From Candidatus Oxydemutatoraceae bacterium (GTDB lineage Bacteria > Pseudomonadota > Gammaproteobacteria > Poriferisulfidales > Oxydemutatoraceae): a DNA stretch of 64,000 nucleotides. The first letter of the stretch is position 1, and each line of letters opens with the position of its first letter. Made by a program: the position numbers and the translations under genes. Positions 32,533 to 42,002 of this stretch are shown here, one piece after another. Below the pieces are notes generated by a model. It made no database searches. It saw only the letters and a program-made list of their open reading frames with translations, and had not been told where the DNA came from. The stretch covers positions 1 to 64,000 of the forward strand of contig CBDCOZ010000001.1 in the NCBI GenBank assembly GCA_965220085.1. The letters are read 5' to 3'.

Positions 32533-33006
32533 ATCCGGCAACGGAGAACCGATCCAGAATGCAAATCGGAGGAACGAGCGCAACAATGGACACCGATCAA
32601 AACCGCGATGCACTTCACCATGACCGCGGAATATAAGCACAAAGTGAAGCGCAAGAATGCCTTGCGCAAGTTGGCCGACAATGCGCAGGCCGACCACGAC
32701 GACAAGCCAAGCGCTTGGTTCGAACAACGCGGTCACCCATACCACACGCATTGCGAATCCTTCAGCGCGCTGGCCGACACCGAACACGGCGCGAACGGCC
32801 GAGCCAAGTCATAAGCATCGAGCAACACAAAGCAACAGCATCGAGCAACGCGAAGTAGCGCGCACCGGTTGCGAGCCGACCGGTTGCGACGGCGAGGGTG
32901 ATCTATAATCGCCTTCGATCTATGCGGCTTGTGTGTAGACCGGACAAGCCGCACCTTTAATCTGTGTATGCTGTGGCACTTTAAAATAACTTACCGAAGG
33001 AGGCAA

Positions 33007-34449
33007 ATGATGAAAAGAGTAATCTTTTTCATATTCATTGCCCTTCTTTGGGGCAATGGAAAGGCATTGGAGATTAAAATCACCAATGCAACAACTCAAG
33101 ACTATATTTGGGCTAATGATGCAGATTTTGAGGCTTCAACCTGGAGCTCTGTATTACAAGATATCCTCTCTGAGGATGTTTTACAAACATTTTCTTCTAC
33201 TGCAAACACAGTGTCAACTGATACTATTGTGGCAACAACCCCAGATCACTTTGAGGTTGATGAAAATCTTGCATCAGCAGAAACAACAACAAATTCTATT
33301 GAAAAATCTCCGCTATCTGCAGAAGAAATGAGAAAAAGATTTGTTGTATCTGACGGAAATAGTTCCACATTGAGAAATCATCAGTATGCTGTCTTACAAT
33401 CAGCATGCTTGGGATATGAACATTGGGTTGAAAGACCTAATGAGTGTAGAGTAAAGGAAAATTTTCTTAACGAGAATGGAACCGCACCATACACATTCCT
33501 TCATATCCAAAGTGGTGGAACACACCAAGAAACAGATGAGATTGTTGAGTTTGTGAAAGCTTCTAGTAAGACAGATGTTTTAACAAGATCTAGTCAGCCA
33601 AATGCCAATGATATTGTTGCAGCAGGAATGCATCCAAACTTTGTTGTTGTTACCTCTGCTGGAAATACGAAGAAAGATGATATTTTCGGGGAAAGAGTTT
33701 ATCGGAATGAAGACGGACTCTGGATACGTAGTCATAATGATAATCCTGTACAAGATCAGTATCAAGATGATTATAACAATGTCATTAACGCAGTCGAAGA
33801 AGATCGTGCTGCATATGTAGCTGGTTATGTTATCAGGAGAACAATAAATGGACTAACACGCAGCGTTAAAACAAGTGAGTTGGAACAAATTCCAGTTCAT
33901 CAACATATTAATGTTGAGGGTACACTGCAACGAGCATCTGGATCTACATCTTGTTCAAAATACACAGGGAGGAACTGTTTTTGGCTTCCATATGGTATTG
34001 AATATCAGAACGTGGAGGGTGAAAAAAAAGTAATTCCGGGAACCTCTTTCGGTTCCCCCAGATTTGGTGCAATCCTTGCTTCCGCCATAGCATTAGATCC
34101 TTCTATGAATGGAACAGATGCTTTGAGGTTGGCGAGGGAATGTGCAATCAAGGTTGAAAGGCTTGGTGGTGCAGGAATCCCAAACTGGCCATGTATGAAG
34201 AGAAAAATAGCGGAGAAAGTCAATAAGGAGTCTTTGAATATAACAATAAACGAAGACTTCTTGAGACTGGAAAAAGTAGTTGTAGATGCAATATCTACAT
34301 CAACTTATGTAACTCTTATCAATCCAAGGATTGAACCAGACATAGTGGTGCCTCCAGAACCGCCGCCGCCGCAGGTAGCATCGACATCGACGGAGTCAAA
34401 CGCTCTGCGCTTGCGCTTGCGCCTATTCCTAGAAGGCCCCCTGCGATGA
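33007..34449 (+). CDS. secreted subtilisin-like (S8) serine peptidase
   Basis: Signal peptide; VVTSAGN oxyanion motif, GTSFGSP catalytic Ser; low GC; ends with LRLRLRLFLEGPLR. Confidence 0.7.
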   Translation: MMKRVIFFIFIALLWGNGKALEIKITNATTQDYIWANDADFEASTWSSVLQDILSEDVLQTFSSTANTVSTDTIVATTPDHFEVDENLASAETTTNSIEKSPLSAEEMRKRFVVSDGNSSTLRNHQYAVLQSACLGYEHWVERPNECRVKENFLNENGTAPYTFLHIQSGGTHQETDEIVEFVKASSKTDVLTRSSQPNANDIVAAGMHPNFVVVTSAGNTKKDDIFGERVYRNEDGLWIRSHNDNPVQDQYQDDYNNVINAVEEDRAAYVAGYVIRRTINGLTRSVKTSELEQIPVHQHINVEGTLQRASGSTSCSKYTGRNCFWLPYGIEYQNVEGEKKVIPGTSFGSPRFGAILASAIALDPSMNGTDALRLARECAIKVERLGGAGIPNWPCMKRKIAEKVNKESLNITINEDFLRLEKVVVDAISTSTYVTLINPRIEPDIVVPPEPPPPQVASTSTESNALRLRLRLFLEGPLR

Positions 34450-34654
34450 GATTCGTCTGCGCCGAGCACACCCATCGAGGTCACGCCTGCGCCGTCCCCA
34501 TGATCACGACCCAACATCGACGCGCTCAAACAACGCAAAGCAGCGCGCGCCTTCGAGCTATGCGGCTTGTGAGCAGTCTGCACAAGCCGCACCTTTAATC
34601 TGTCTATGCTGTGGCGCTTTCCAACTTAAGCGCCGCAGTGCCTAATCGCGCTCA

Positions 34655-34718
34655 TTGACAGGCAGCGCCGACCTGTTGTAGCATTGCAAACTTTGAATGC
34701 CAGCAAACAGAACTGGCA
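34655..34718 (+). promoter_or_regulatory. sigma70-like promoter plus TGCCAG-N9-CTGGCA palindrome
   Basis: TTGACA-N18-TAGCAT then AATGCCAGCAAACAGAACTGGCAA. Confidence 0.55.
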
Positions 34719-34776
34719 AGACTATTACATCAAATTACTTCTATTGGAGTTATGAGTAGAGGAGATAAATTAAATA

Positions 34777-34953
34777 ATGAACAGAAACAACATTTTGATA
34801 ACATTCGTAATGGCTATGTCACTATTCCTTTCAGGATGTGCTAGTACATCAGAACTTCACCCTAAAACTAAAGGATGTATGGATATCTGTGACAAGTGCA
34901 AGTGCAGTGATAACGTGTCTGAGTGTTTTAAAGGATGCAACGCGTTGCCCTAG
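34777..34953 (+). CDS. 58-aa cysteine-rich lipoprotein (not in ORF track)
   Basis: MNRNNILITFVMAMSLFLSGC-ASTSELHPKTKGCMDICDKCKCSDNVSECFKGCNALP*; lipobox LSGC; upstream AGAGGAG. Confidence 0.75.
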   Translation: MNRNNILITFVMAMSLFLSGCASTSELHPKTKGCMDICDKCKCSDNVSECFKGCNALP

Positions 34954-34994
34954 CCACCCAAGATTTTTCCATTTAAGAACTAATAAACTCAGCA

Positions 34995-35870
34995 ATTATA
35001 TGCGGCTTGTGAGCAGTCTGCACAAGCCGCATCTTTCTTTGAGGGGGAGACCGATATCAAAAAAGCGCTTTTAATCATCCTGACTTTTGCGCCTGCGCTT
35101 GTTGTTGCGAGTCATGCTGTTGGGTGGGAGGAGCCGATGTATTCGGGCAAGCGCAATGTGTATCGGTATCTCGGTTGCCACGAAGACATGAATTATGTGC
35201 AACTGCAACAGTGCGAGGCAGAGGCCGAGCGCATAATGCGGCAACCGGCTAAACCGGCTGAAGCGGCAAAAGCGTCGACAATGACACGCGGGGCAAGTAT
35301 GCGTATAATGCGGCCATCGAGACCTGGGGGGTGATCGGAAAAGTTGCAACTATGCGCCGGAGCAAATGTTTCTCTGGCATCGGTCGCATAGTAAAACTGT
35401 CCGGTGCGTTGACAGAACCGTTACCGTGACAGAGCAGAAGACTCGATAACATTCCTCAGGTATCGAATGGAGTGGGGTGGCATGCGAAAGCATCGCCGCT
35501 CTGCTCCGCTTTTTGCAATGCGAAGCTTGCGCTCCGATCAGTTGATTGGTAACCCGTAGCATCGCGCGAACAACGAGCGACACCGCATAACGAAACTTTT
35601 TAAACGTTCATAGTCTATGCTGTGGCGCTTTTCGAGTTGAGCGCCGCAGCACTCCGTAGCACAAACATGAAGCGCGAGGTGGACGGGCGGCCAAAGTTAC
35701 AACGGTCGCAAGCGACCGATGGAACTTTGCCCCCGCGCCGCCCGTGTGAGGCCGGTGCGCGACCCCGGCAGAAACACATCCGAGGCGCAAGCCAACCGCT
35801 TTGCGCAGGGAGTGCGAGCGTGCCGAGCGCGTACTGCGCCGCCAGCGCAAGCCGCCCTGTGCGCCGGAAC
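34995..35870 (+). repeat. ~0.9-kb repeated module (copy 2)
   Basis: Collinear with 25345-26270. Confidence 0.8.
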
Positions 35871-36274
35871 AACCGCAAGCCCTGCGCCCGCCTCTGTGGC
35901 CGGCGCACAGGGTGGCGCCGAGCGAGAGGGTGGCCGCTGGCACCCGGGCCGAGGCAGCGGCCACTGCCCGCGACAGCCAAGCACAGCGCCGGCGACAACT
36001 GCGGACGCGGGCGGTGGCCGCTTGGTGCAGCGGCGAGCGCGCCGGAGGCGAAGAGTGCCCGCTGCCACCGGTGCGCGACAGGGTGTCCCCGCGGCCGGCG
36101 CGCGGAGGTCATGTGCCGTCGTGCGCGAAGTCATGCCGTCGAGGTGCGCGCACAATGGCCGCCGCTTGCGACAGCGCAAGCGTCGCCTGCGCACACCGGT
36201 GAAGCACCAAGCGACTGCGACGCCGAGGGATGATCCGTAATCATGCCGCAACCACATTACTACGGGTAGCCCAA

Positions 36275-36338
36275 TTGACAGGCAAGCCCTGCCTGTTCTA
36301 TAGTTGCAGACTTTCAATGCCAGCGGACAGAACTGGCA
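36275..36338 (+). promoter_or_regulatory. sigma70-like promoter plus TGCCAG-N9-CTGGCA palindrome
   Basis: TTGACA-N18-TATAGT then AATGCCAGCGGACAGAACTGGCAA. Confidence 0.6.
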
Positions 36339-36357
36339 AGCCTGCGATGTTTGAGGA

Positions 36358-38001
36358 ATGAAAAAATTACTTTGTATCATCCTGTTACTGGGGGCGGCAT
36401 CAGTGTGGGCAAACCCCATGACTGTGCCCCAAGATGTGTTAACCGTAGCCCAAGCCGACGGCTCCGAACCGAACCCTTTGCGTTTGCGCTTGCGCGTATT
36501 CTTGGAAGGCCCCCTGCGAGGGGGTAGCGGCTGTTCGTCTTCGTTGGGGGCCTACAGGGGTCGCGAAGCGATGTACTCGAAACTAGCAGCAGCCGGGGAG
36601 CCCCCAAAAGCCGAAGCTTCAAAGCCAATGAAATCTCAGGCTGTAGAACCCCAAGTCAAGGAGATCAAAATTGCGGGAGCCGCAACGCACGACAACCCCT
36701 TGCGGTTGCCGCGATTCAGCGAACAGGAAGAGCAAGAAATCCTCAAGTTAATCGAAGACAAAACAAGATTTTATACAAGCATCCCAAGAGAAGCGAATGT
36801 CGGCACAAACCACTGGGAGAACGTCGGACGAGAAGATGGTTTTGACATTTGGCAGTTGCATATCCATTCGCCCGAGGCTTTCGGCTTGCAAGTTGACTTT
36901 TCTGAATTTGCCTTGCAGGAGACTATGTTGGTTAAGGTGTATGGAACAAGCGACAGCGAGATGCCTTTTATCGGGGAGTATACGAGCGCGCGGGGGTACG
37001 AGGGCAATTTCACCTCCATATCCGTTCCCGGCGATACGGCGGTCGTAGAAGCATGGATGCCGATTGGCAGCGGCGCAGCGGCAGACTTCCCCTTCAAGGT
37101 CAGGCGTATCTATCATCAATTCAGAGACCGCGCAAACAATGTCAGAGGAGTGAAAAGTTTTTCACTTAGCGAAAAGCAAAATTATCCTACATGCCCCCTT
37201 CTGGATGGCCGCTGTCATTATCCGGGCGTGCGACTCCAGCCATGGCGAGCCACTGTGCAAATACTGGCCGACGGCAGCGCTTGTAGCGGGACTTTAATTA
37301 ATAGTCAGGATAGCAGCTCTTTCCCTCCGGATAGCGCTCTTCTTTTAACCGCTTACCATTGTATTGACAATATGGCAGACCCGGAAGCGGCAAGAGGCAC
37401 ACGCGTAAATGCCACGTTTAGCATCGGCTCATCGCCTTGCGCAAGTCCGCCGAACAGACCTACTGCCGCTGCCAGTGGCGCCCGATTTATTGCCGCGAAT
37501 CGGCAGGGTGATTACGCACTCTTGCTGGTTGAGAACATTATAGGCGACGGTGTGCTTTTGGGTTGGCGGCCCGGCAGACTGCCGGTGGGAGCAAGCCTTC
37601 AAATATTTCACCACGGAGTGGGGGTATCAACACAACAGTATGCAGAGAGCAAAGTAACGGGTTTTTCACTACACAGCGGAACAGGCGCTTTTCGTGATTG
37701 TGGAAATTCTTCCGGGTGTTCACACTATAGTCTCCACTTAGCAGAGGGCGGCACAAGAGGGGGATCATCCGGCGGGGGATACTTTGTAAGGGGCAGTGAT
37801 GGGGAGTTTTTCCTTAATGCTGTCCTTACGCATGGGAATCGGCGCACTTGCACAAACAAGGCTTCTTTGTTGCAGAAAATTAGCGAAGATGGCAGGGTTC
37901 TGTGCGCTCTTAGTGCGGGAGGGTACGGTTATGCTAGACGCGGTCAGCAATGCGCTGATAGTGCCCGCCCATCATATGGCCTTACAGGCCAGCAATGTTA
38001 A
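36358..38001 (+). CDS. secreted trypsin-like serine protease (lysyl endopeptidase/Achromobacter protease I-like)
   Basis: CSGTLIN, LLTAYHC, GDYALL, GGSSGGG; signal peptide identical to that of the 23868 protein. Confidence 0.85.
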   Translation: MKKLLCIILLLGAASVWANPMTVPQDVLTVAQADGSEPNPLRLRLRVFLEGPLRGGSGCSSSLGAYRGREAMYSKLAAAGEPPKAEASKPMKSQAVEPQVKEIKIAGAATHDNPLRLPRFSEQEEQEILKLIEDKTRFYTSIPREANVGTNHWENVGREDGFDIWQLHIHSPEAFGLQVDFSEFALQETMLVKVYGTSDSEMPFIGEYTSARGYEGNFTSISVPGDTAVVEAWMPIGSGAAADFPFKVRRIYHQFRDRANNVRGVKSFSLSEKQNYPTCPLLDGRCHYPGVRLQPWRATVQILADGSACSGTLINSQDSSSFPPDSALLLTAYHCIDNMADPEAARGTRVNATFSIGSSPCASPPNRPTAAASGARFIAANRQGDYALLLVENIIGDGVLLGWRPGRLPVGASLQIFHHGVGVSTQQYAESKVTGFSLHSGTGAFRDCGNSSGCSHYSLHLAEGGTRGGSSGGGYFVRGSDGEFFLNAVLTHGNRRTCTNKASLLQKISEDGRVLCALSAGGYGYARRGQQCADSARPSYGLTGQQC

Positions 38002-38049
38002 TGGCCGGCGGGGCTCTGGGGCGCAAAACGGCTAAAGCGGCAACTGTTG

Positions 38050-38750
38050 CCCGTGGGGAAAATATGCATATAATGCCACTATCACGATTTGAGGATTGAT
38101 TAAAAAGGTTGCAACAGTCGCCGGGGGCTCTTCTCCTTTAGCGCCCGACGCGTAGTGAAACTGTCCGGCAAGCATGTAAACTAATCGCCGAGACAGAGCA
38201 AAAGACTCGATATACATCCTCAGATATCGAACGGAGTGGGGTGGCATGCGAAAGCATCGCCACTCCGTTCCACTTTGTGCAATGACGACTGACACAAAAT
38301 TGTTTCTGTCGATGAGTGGAGCGGAACACCGGAGCATCGTACGAACAACGATCGACACGACCGAACGAAACTTTTCAAACATTTGCAGTCTATGCTGTGG
38401 TGCGTTCCTGATGGGCACCACAGCACCCTATCGATCTTAGAAATGCATCGGCGCATCATCGACCTGCCGGACGACAGCACAAGAAGGAAGCGCCGCCCGC
38501 GTGAGACCCCGACAGAAACACATCCGAAGCGCAGGTCAACCGCTTTGCGCAGGGAGTGCGAGCGCGCCGAGAATGTAATGCGTCGCAAGCGCAAGCCGAC
38601 CAGTGCGCCGGAACAACCGCAAGCCCTGCGCCCATCTCTGTGGTCGGCGCACTGGGCGGCGCCGTGCGAGGCGGTCCGTCTTCGCCGAGCACAAGCACCG
38701 AGCCTACGCCTGTTGCGCCGAGCATACCCACAGAGGTCCCGCAATAAGAA
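38050..38750 (+). repeat. partial repeated module (copy 3)
   Basis: Shares CGTAGTGAAACTGTCCGG...ATCGCCGAGACAGAGCAAAAGACTCGATA, AGTCTATGCTGTGG and CAGAAACACATCCGA..GCAGGGAGTGCGAGCG with copies 1 and 2. Confidence 0.7.
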
Positions 38751-38778
38751 TAAAAATCGCGTTTCGTAGTCATGCCAT

Positions 38779-38845
38779 TTGACACGCAAGCGCTACTTGT
38801 TCTATAGTTGCAGACTTTGTATAATGCCAGCAAACAGAACTGGCA
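38779..38845 (+). promoter_or_regulatory. sigma70-like promoter plus TGCCAG-N9-CTGGCA palindrome
   Basis: TTGACA-N18-TATAGT then AATGCCAGCAAACAGAACTGGCAA. Confidence 0.6.
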
Positions 38846-38969
38846 AATTTAAACATTCGACTCTTGAGGAGACTAACATGAAAAAAAGGAAACTAACATG
38901 AAAAAATACCTTAATTACTTTTATTGGCCTATGTTAGGCACCGCGGCGCCTATGACTAGGACTGCGCCA

Positions 38970-39449
38970 ATGAAAAAAGTCATTGCAACCGTAATCTTGT
39001 GTATCCTGACAAGCGCCGCTTGCGCCCCAAAAGACTTTCAATCCTCCTTAACACTTGATAGTGATAGGTGCAATGCGCAGTGGCTGCACCGCGCCAATGG
39101 TATAGAATTGACATCTGATAGTGATAGCGGCACCCCCCGGTTAACACTGCGTTCGCGGATGTTTGTTACTATTCAAACCAACACAGTGGGACGACTGGAA
39201 AACAGTTCGGGCAGAGTGTTAATCACTAGCGATGACGATGGATCAGGCAATAATTTCGGCATTAGGGGAGTTCTTGAGCCGGGCACTTACTACATAAGAG
39301 TTGCGGGCTTTCAGAACTTGCCGTCATGCCGTTCATCAACGGGCGAGGGTACTTCCTCCATAAGAGTTGCGGGCCATCAGAACACAACGCTGAACATAGA
39401 CGCCCGTGCTCCCCGTGACGGTGATCCTGTCATTGGCGGCGGAGGCTGA
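38970..39449 (+). CDS. putative lipoprotein with PPC-like domain
   Basis: MKKVIATVILCILTSAAC; LENSSGRVLITSDDDGSGNNFGIRGVLEPGTYYIRV; alternative start at 38898. Confidence 0.65.
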   Translation: MKKVIATVILCILTSAACAPKDFQSSLTLDSDRCNAQWLHRANGIELTSDSDSGTPRLTLRSRMFVTIQTNTVGRLENSSGRVLITSDDDGSGNNFGIRGVLEPGTYYIRVAGFQNLPSCRSSTGEGTSSIRVAGHQNTTLNIDARAPRDGDPVIGGGG

Positions 39450-39461
39450 GGCGGCGCTCTG

Positions 39462-39995
39462 TCACTGACCGAGTGTCGCCAGCTTGAACTGTAGCAGTTT
39501 GCCGCGCAGCTCTTCGGACAGGCCGCTGATGTTTGCATAGTCAAAATCCTGCGGGATAGCCGTTTGCTCGGTGTCCATCATGCGCTGAATTTCCTGCTCC
39601 TGACGCGGCAGGTAGCCGGCATAAGCGGCGGTCGCTTCAAGTTGCTCGACCGCTTGCTCGTCGTTTAGCGGGTCGGGCAGTTGCGCAAGGGCTACGATGT
39701 CGGCGTAGCGAATGTCCGGCCGGCGCAACAACTCGGTCGCACTGCAAGTGTTTTTCAGACTGATGTCGCGGGTGCTTGCCTCTTGCGGTGTAATCTTCAG
39801 TGCGTCAATCTCACGCACCAGATGGCTCTTGCCAATCCCGCCGATGGCCGGATTGCAACTCATCTGCCCGACAGTCTCTATGCTGTGCGTCAGCAGAAGC
39901 GTGTGCGCGCCGGTACGCGCCGCCGCCAGCGCCGCCTCGGTCCCCGCGTGCCCGCCGCCAACGACAATGACCTCAAATTCTTGCTGGTTAACCAT
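39462..39995 (-). pseudogene. mnmG: mnmG copy with large in-frame internal deletion
   Basis: N-terminal ~65 aa (...HLVREIDAL) fused to the C-terminal part (KITPQ...LATLGQ*). Confidence 0.9.
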
Positions 39996-40007
39996 GCCGC
40001 ACATTCT

Positions 40008-40240
40008 ATCACTCCCCCCTCGCGGGGGAGTCGGCGAGCGCAGCAAGCCGGAGAGGGGGACAGCCTCATACTTGCACTAACCAACACTCCCCCCTCGCGG
40101 GGGAGTCGGCGAGCGTAGCAAGCCGGAGAGGGGGAAAAGGAAAGTTCGTGCAAGAAGCTTCCCCTCACCGCATCGTCCATCGCCTTCGGCTCGGTCTCTG
40201 CACTTGGTGCAAGCCGGAAACTTTCCCGCAAGGGGAGAGT
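40008..40240. repeat. tandem REP/MITE-like copies
   Basis: Two ACTCCCCCCTCGCGGGGGAGTCGGCGAGCG.AGCAAGCCGGAGAGGGGG units; the second extends to a full MITE variant. Confidence 0.75.
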
Positions 40241-40254
40241 ATGCACGGTGCTAA

Positions 40255-42000
40255 TTACGCTTCCGTTTTGGTCGGGATACGAATAGATTTGACAAGGGCT
40301 TGAGTCTTCTGCGGCGGCGCTTGTGTCAATGACGCCACCAGCACACCGACGCCCAAAGCGAGCCACATAAAGACAAAGCCGATTCCTTCGGGAGAAACGC
40401 CGAAAAGCCATTGCGCCTTTGTGCCGCCGAGAAATTTGAAATAGAGGATGTAGGAGAAAGTTGAAACCAGCCCGACGAGCATCGCTGCGATAGCGCCCTG
40501 CTGATTCATGCGTGTCCAGAAGATGCCGAGGAAGAGGACTGGGAAAAGCGAGGCGGCGGCAAGTCCAAAGGCAAAGGCCACCACTTCGGCCACAAAGCCG
40601 AGTTCGGATGCATAGAGGCCGAGCAGACCGGCGGCAATCACGGCAGCAGCCGCTGAGAAGCGGGCGAGCATAAGTTCCGTGCGGTCATGCATATTCGGCA
40701 TGAGCGTGCGGCGGAATAAATCATGGCTTATCGCCGAGGAGATAACCATCAACAAGCCCGCCGCCGTTGATAAGGCCGCGGCCAAGCCGCCGGCGACGAC
40801 CAGTGCAATCACCCAATGCGGCAATTGTGCGATTTCGGGATTGGCGAGCACAAAAATATCGCGATTGGGATTGACCTCATTGGCAAGTCCGTCCGGTGCG
40901 TGCGGCCCGCGATGCTGCATGTGGCCATCGCCGTTCTTGTCGTCGTATCGCACGAGCCCGGTCTTCTCCCATGACTTATACCATTGCGGCACCGGCTTGT
41001 CGCCTGCGGCGAGGATCTCTTCGGCGCGCGCCTCATAATCTTCCTCATCAGTGATATAGACCGCCTCATTGACGGAGTCGATAAAATTGATGCGCGCAAA
41101 AGCCCCGACGGCCGGCGCTGTCGTATAAAGCAGCGCAATAAAGAGCAACGCCCATCCTGCCGAAACGCGCGCGGCGGGCGCTGATTTCACCGTGAAGAAG
41201 CGGATGATTACATGCGGCAGGCCGGCTGTGCCGAACATCAAGGCGGCGGTAATGCAGAAAACATCCATCGTGGACTTGTGGGCGGAAGTGTATTCCAGAA
41301 AGCCCAGATCGCGCAGCACCTGATTGAGCTTTTCAAGGACGGATATTTCCGTTCCTTTGACATCGGAGATGAAGCCGAGTTGGGGAATCGGATTGCCGGT
41401 GATGATGAGCGAGATAAAAATCGCCGGCACGGTATAGGCGAAAATCAGCACGCAATATTGCGCGACCTGCGTGTAGGTAATGCCGTTCATGCCGCCGAGC
41501 ACGGTATAGGCAAAGACGATGACCATGCCGATGAGAATGCCGATGTCAAAGGGAATGCCGAGGAAGCCGGAGAAAGCCACGCCCACGCCCTTCATCTGCC
41601 CGGCGATGTAGGTAAAGGAGACGAACAGCGCACAGAGCACCGCGATTACGCGCGCCGCGTTGGAATAATATCTGTCGCCGACAAAATCCGGCACGGTGAA
41701 TTTTCCAAAATTGCGCAGGAAGGGGGCGAGCAGCAGGGCGAGCAATACATAGCCGCCCGTCCAGCCCATCAGATAGATTGAGCCGCCGTAGCCGAGAAAA
41801 GCGATGAGCCCCGCCATGGACAAGAAGGACGCCGCCGACATCCAGTCCGCCGCGGTGGCCATGCCGTTCATCACCGGATGGACATCGTGGCCCGCCACAT
41901 AGAAATCCTCTGTGGAGCGCGCGCGCGCCCAGATTGCAATCGCGACATACAGCGTGAAAGTGAGGCCGACAAAAAGAAAAGTCCAAAGCTGCTGATCCAT
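40255..42000 (-). CDS. sodium:solute symporter (ActP-like)
   Basis: NGMATAADWMSAASFLS, GTAGLPHVIIRFFTV, GGLAAALSTAAGLL; many TM helices. Confidence 0.93.
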   Translation of the reverse strand: MDQQLWTFLFVGLTFTLYVAIAIWARARSTEDFYVAGHDVHPVMNGMATAADWMSAASFLSMAGLIAFLGYGGSIYLMGWTGGYVLLALLLAPFLRNFGKFTVPDFVGDRYYSNAARVIAVLCALFVSFTYIAGQMKGVGVAFSGFLGIPFDIGILIGMVIVFAYTVLGGMNGITYTQVAQYCVLIFAYTVPAIFISLIITGNPIPQLGFISDVKGTEISVLEKLNQVLRDLGFLEYTSAHKSTMDVFCITAALMFGTAGLPHVIIRFFTVKSAPAARVSAGWALLFIALLYTTAPAVGAFARINFIDSVNEAVYITDEEDYEARAEEILAAGDKPVPQWYKSWEKTGLVRYDDKNGDGHMQHRGPHAPDGLANEVNPNRDIFVLANPEIAQLPHWVIALVVAGGLAAALSTAAGLLMVISSAISHDLFRRTLMPNMHDRTELMLARFSAAAAVIAAGLLGLYASELGFVAEVVAFAFGLAAASLFPVLFLGIFWTRMNQQGAIAAMLVGLVSTFSYILYFKFLGGTKAQWLFGVSPEGIGFVFMWLALGVGVLVASLTQAPPQKTQALVKSIRIPTKTEA

Positions 42001-42002
42001 CG

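Noticed and set aside
32121-32954. ORFs 32121-32705, 32140-32814 and 32163-32636 as cas or effector genes
   Set aside because: They are translations of the MITE and pseudogene fragments and carry no Cas motifs.
35608-36419. Several overlapping 120-240 aa ORFs
   Set aside because: GC-rich repeat DNA, Arg/Ala/Pro-biased translations, no motifs; likely spurious.
25345-38850. Integron cassette array
   Set aside because: No intI, and the repeats lack attC core and inverse-core sites.
40008-40135. Tandem REP units with a ~22-nt interval as a CRISPR array
   Set aside because: The unit is ~50 bp and lacks the GGGACAAAT end and the 61-bp period; treated as a tandem REP.
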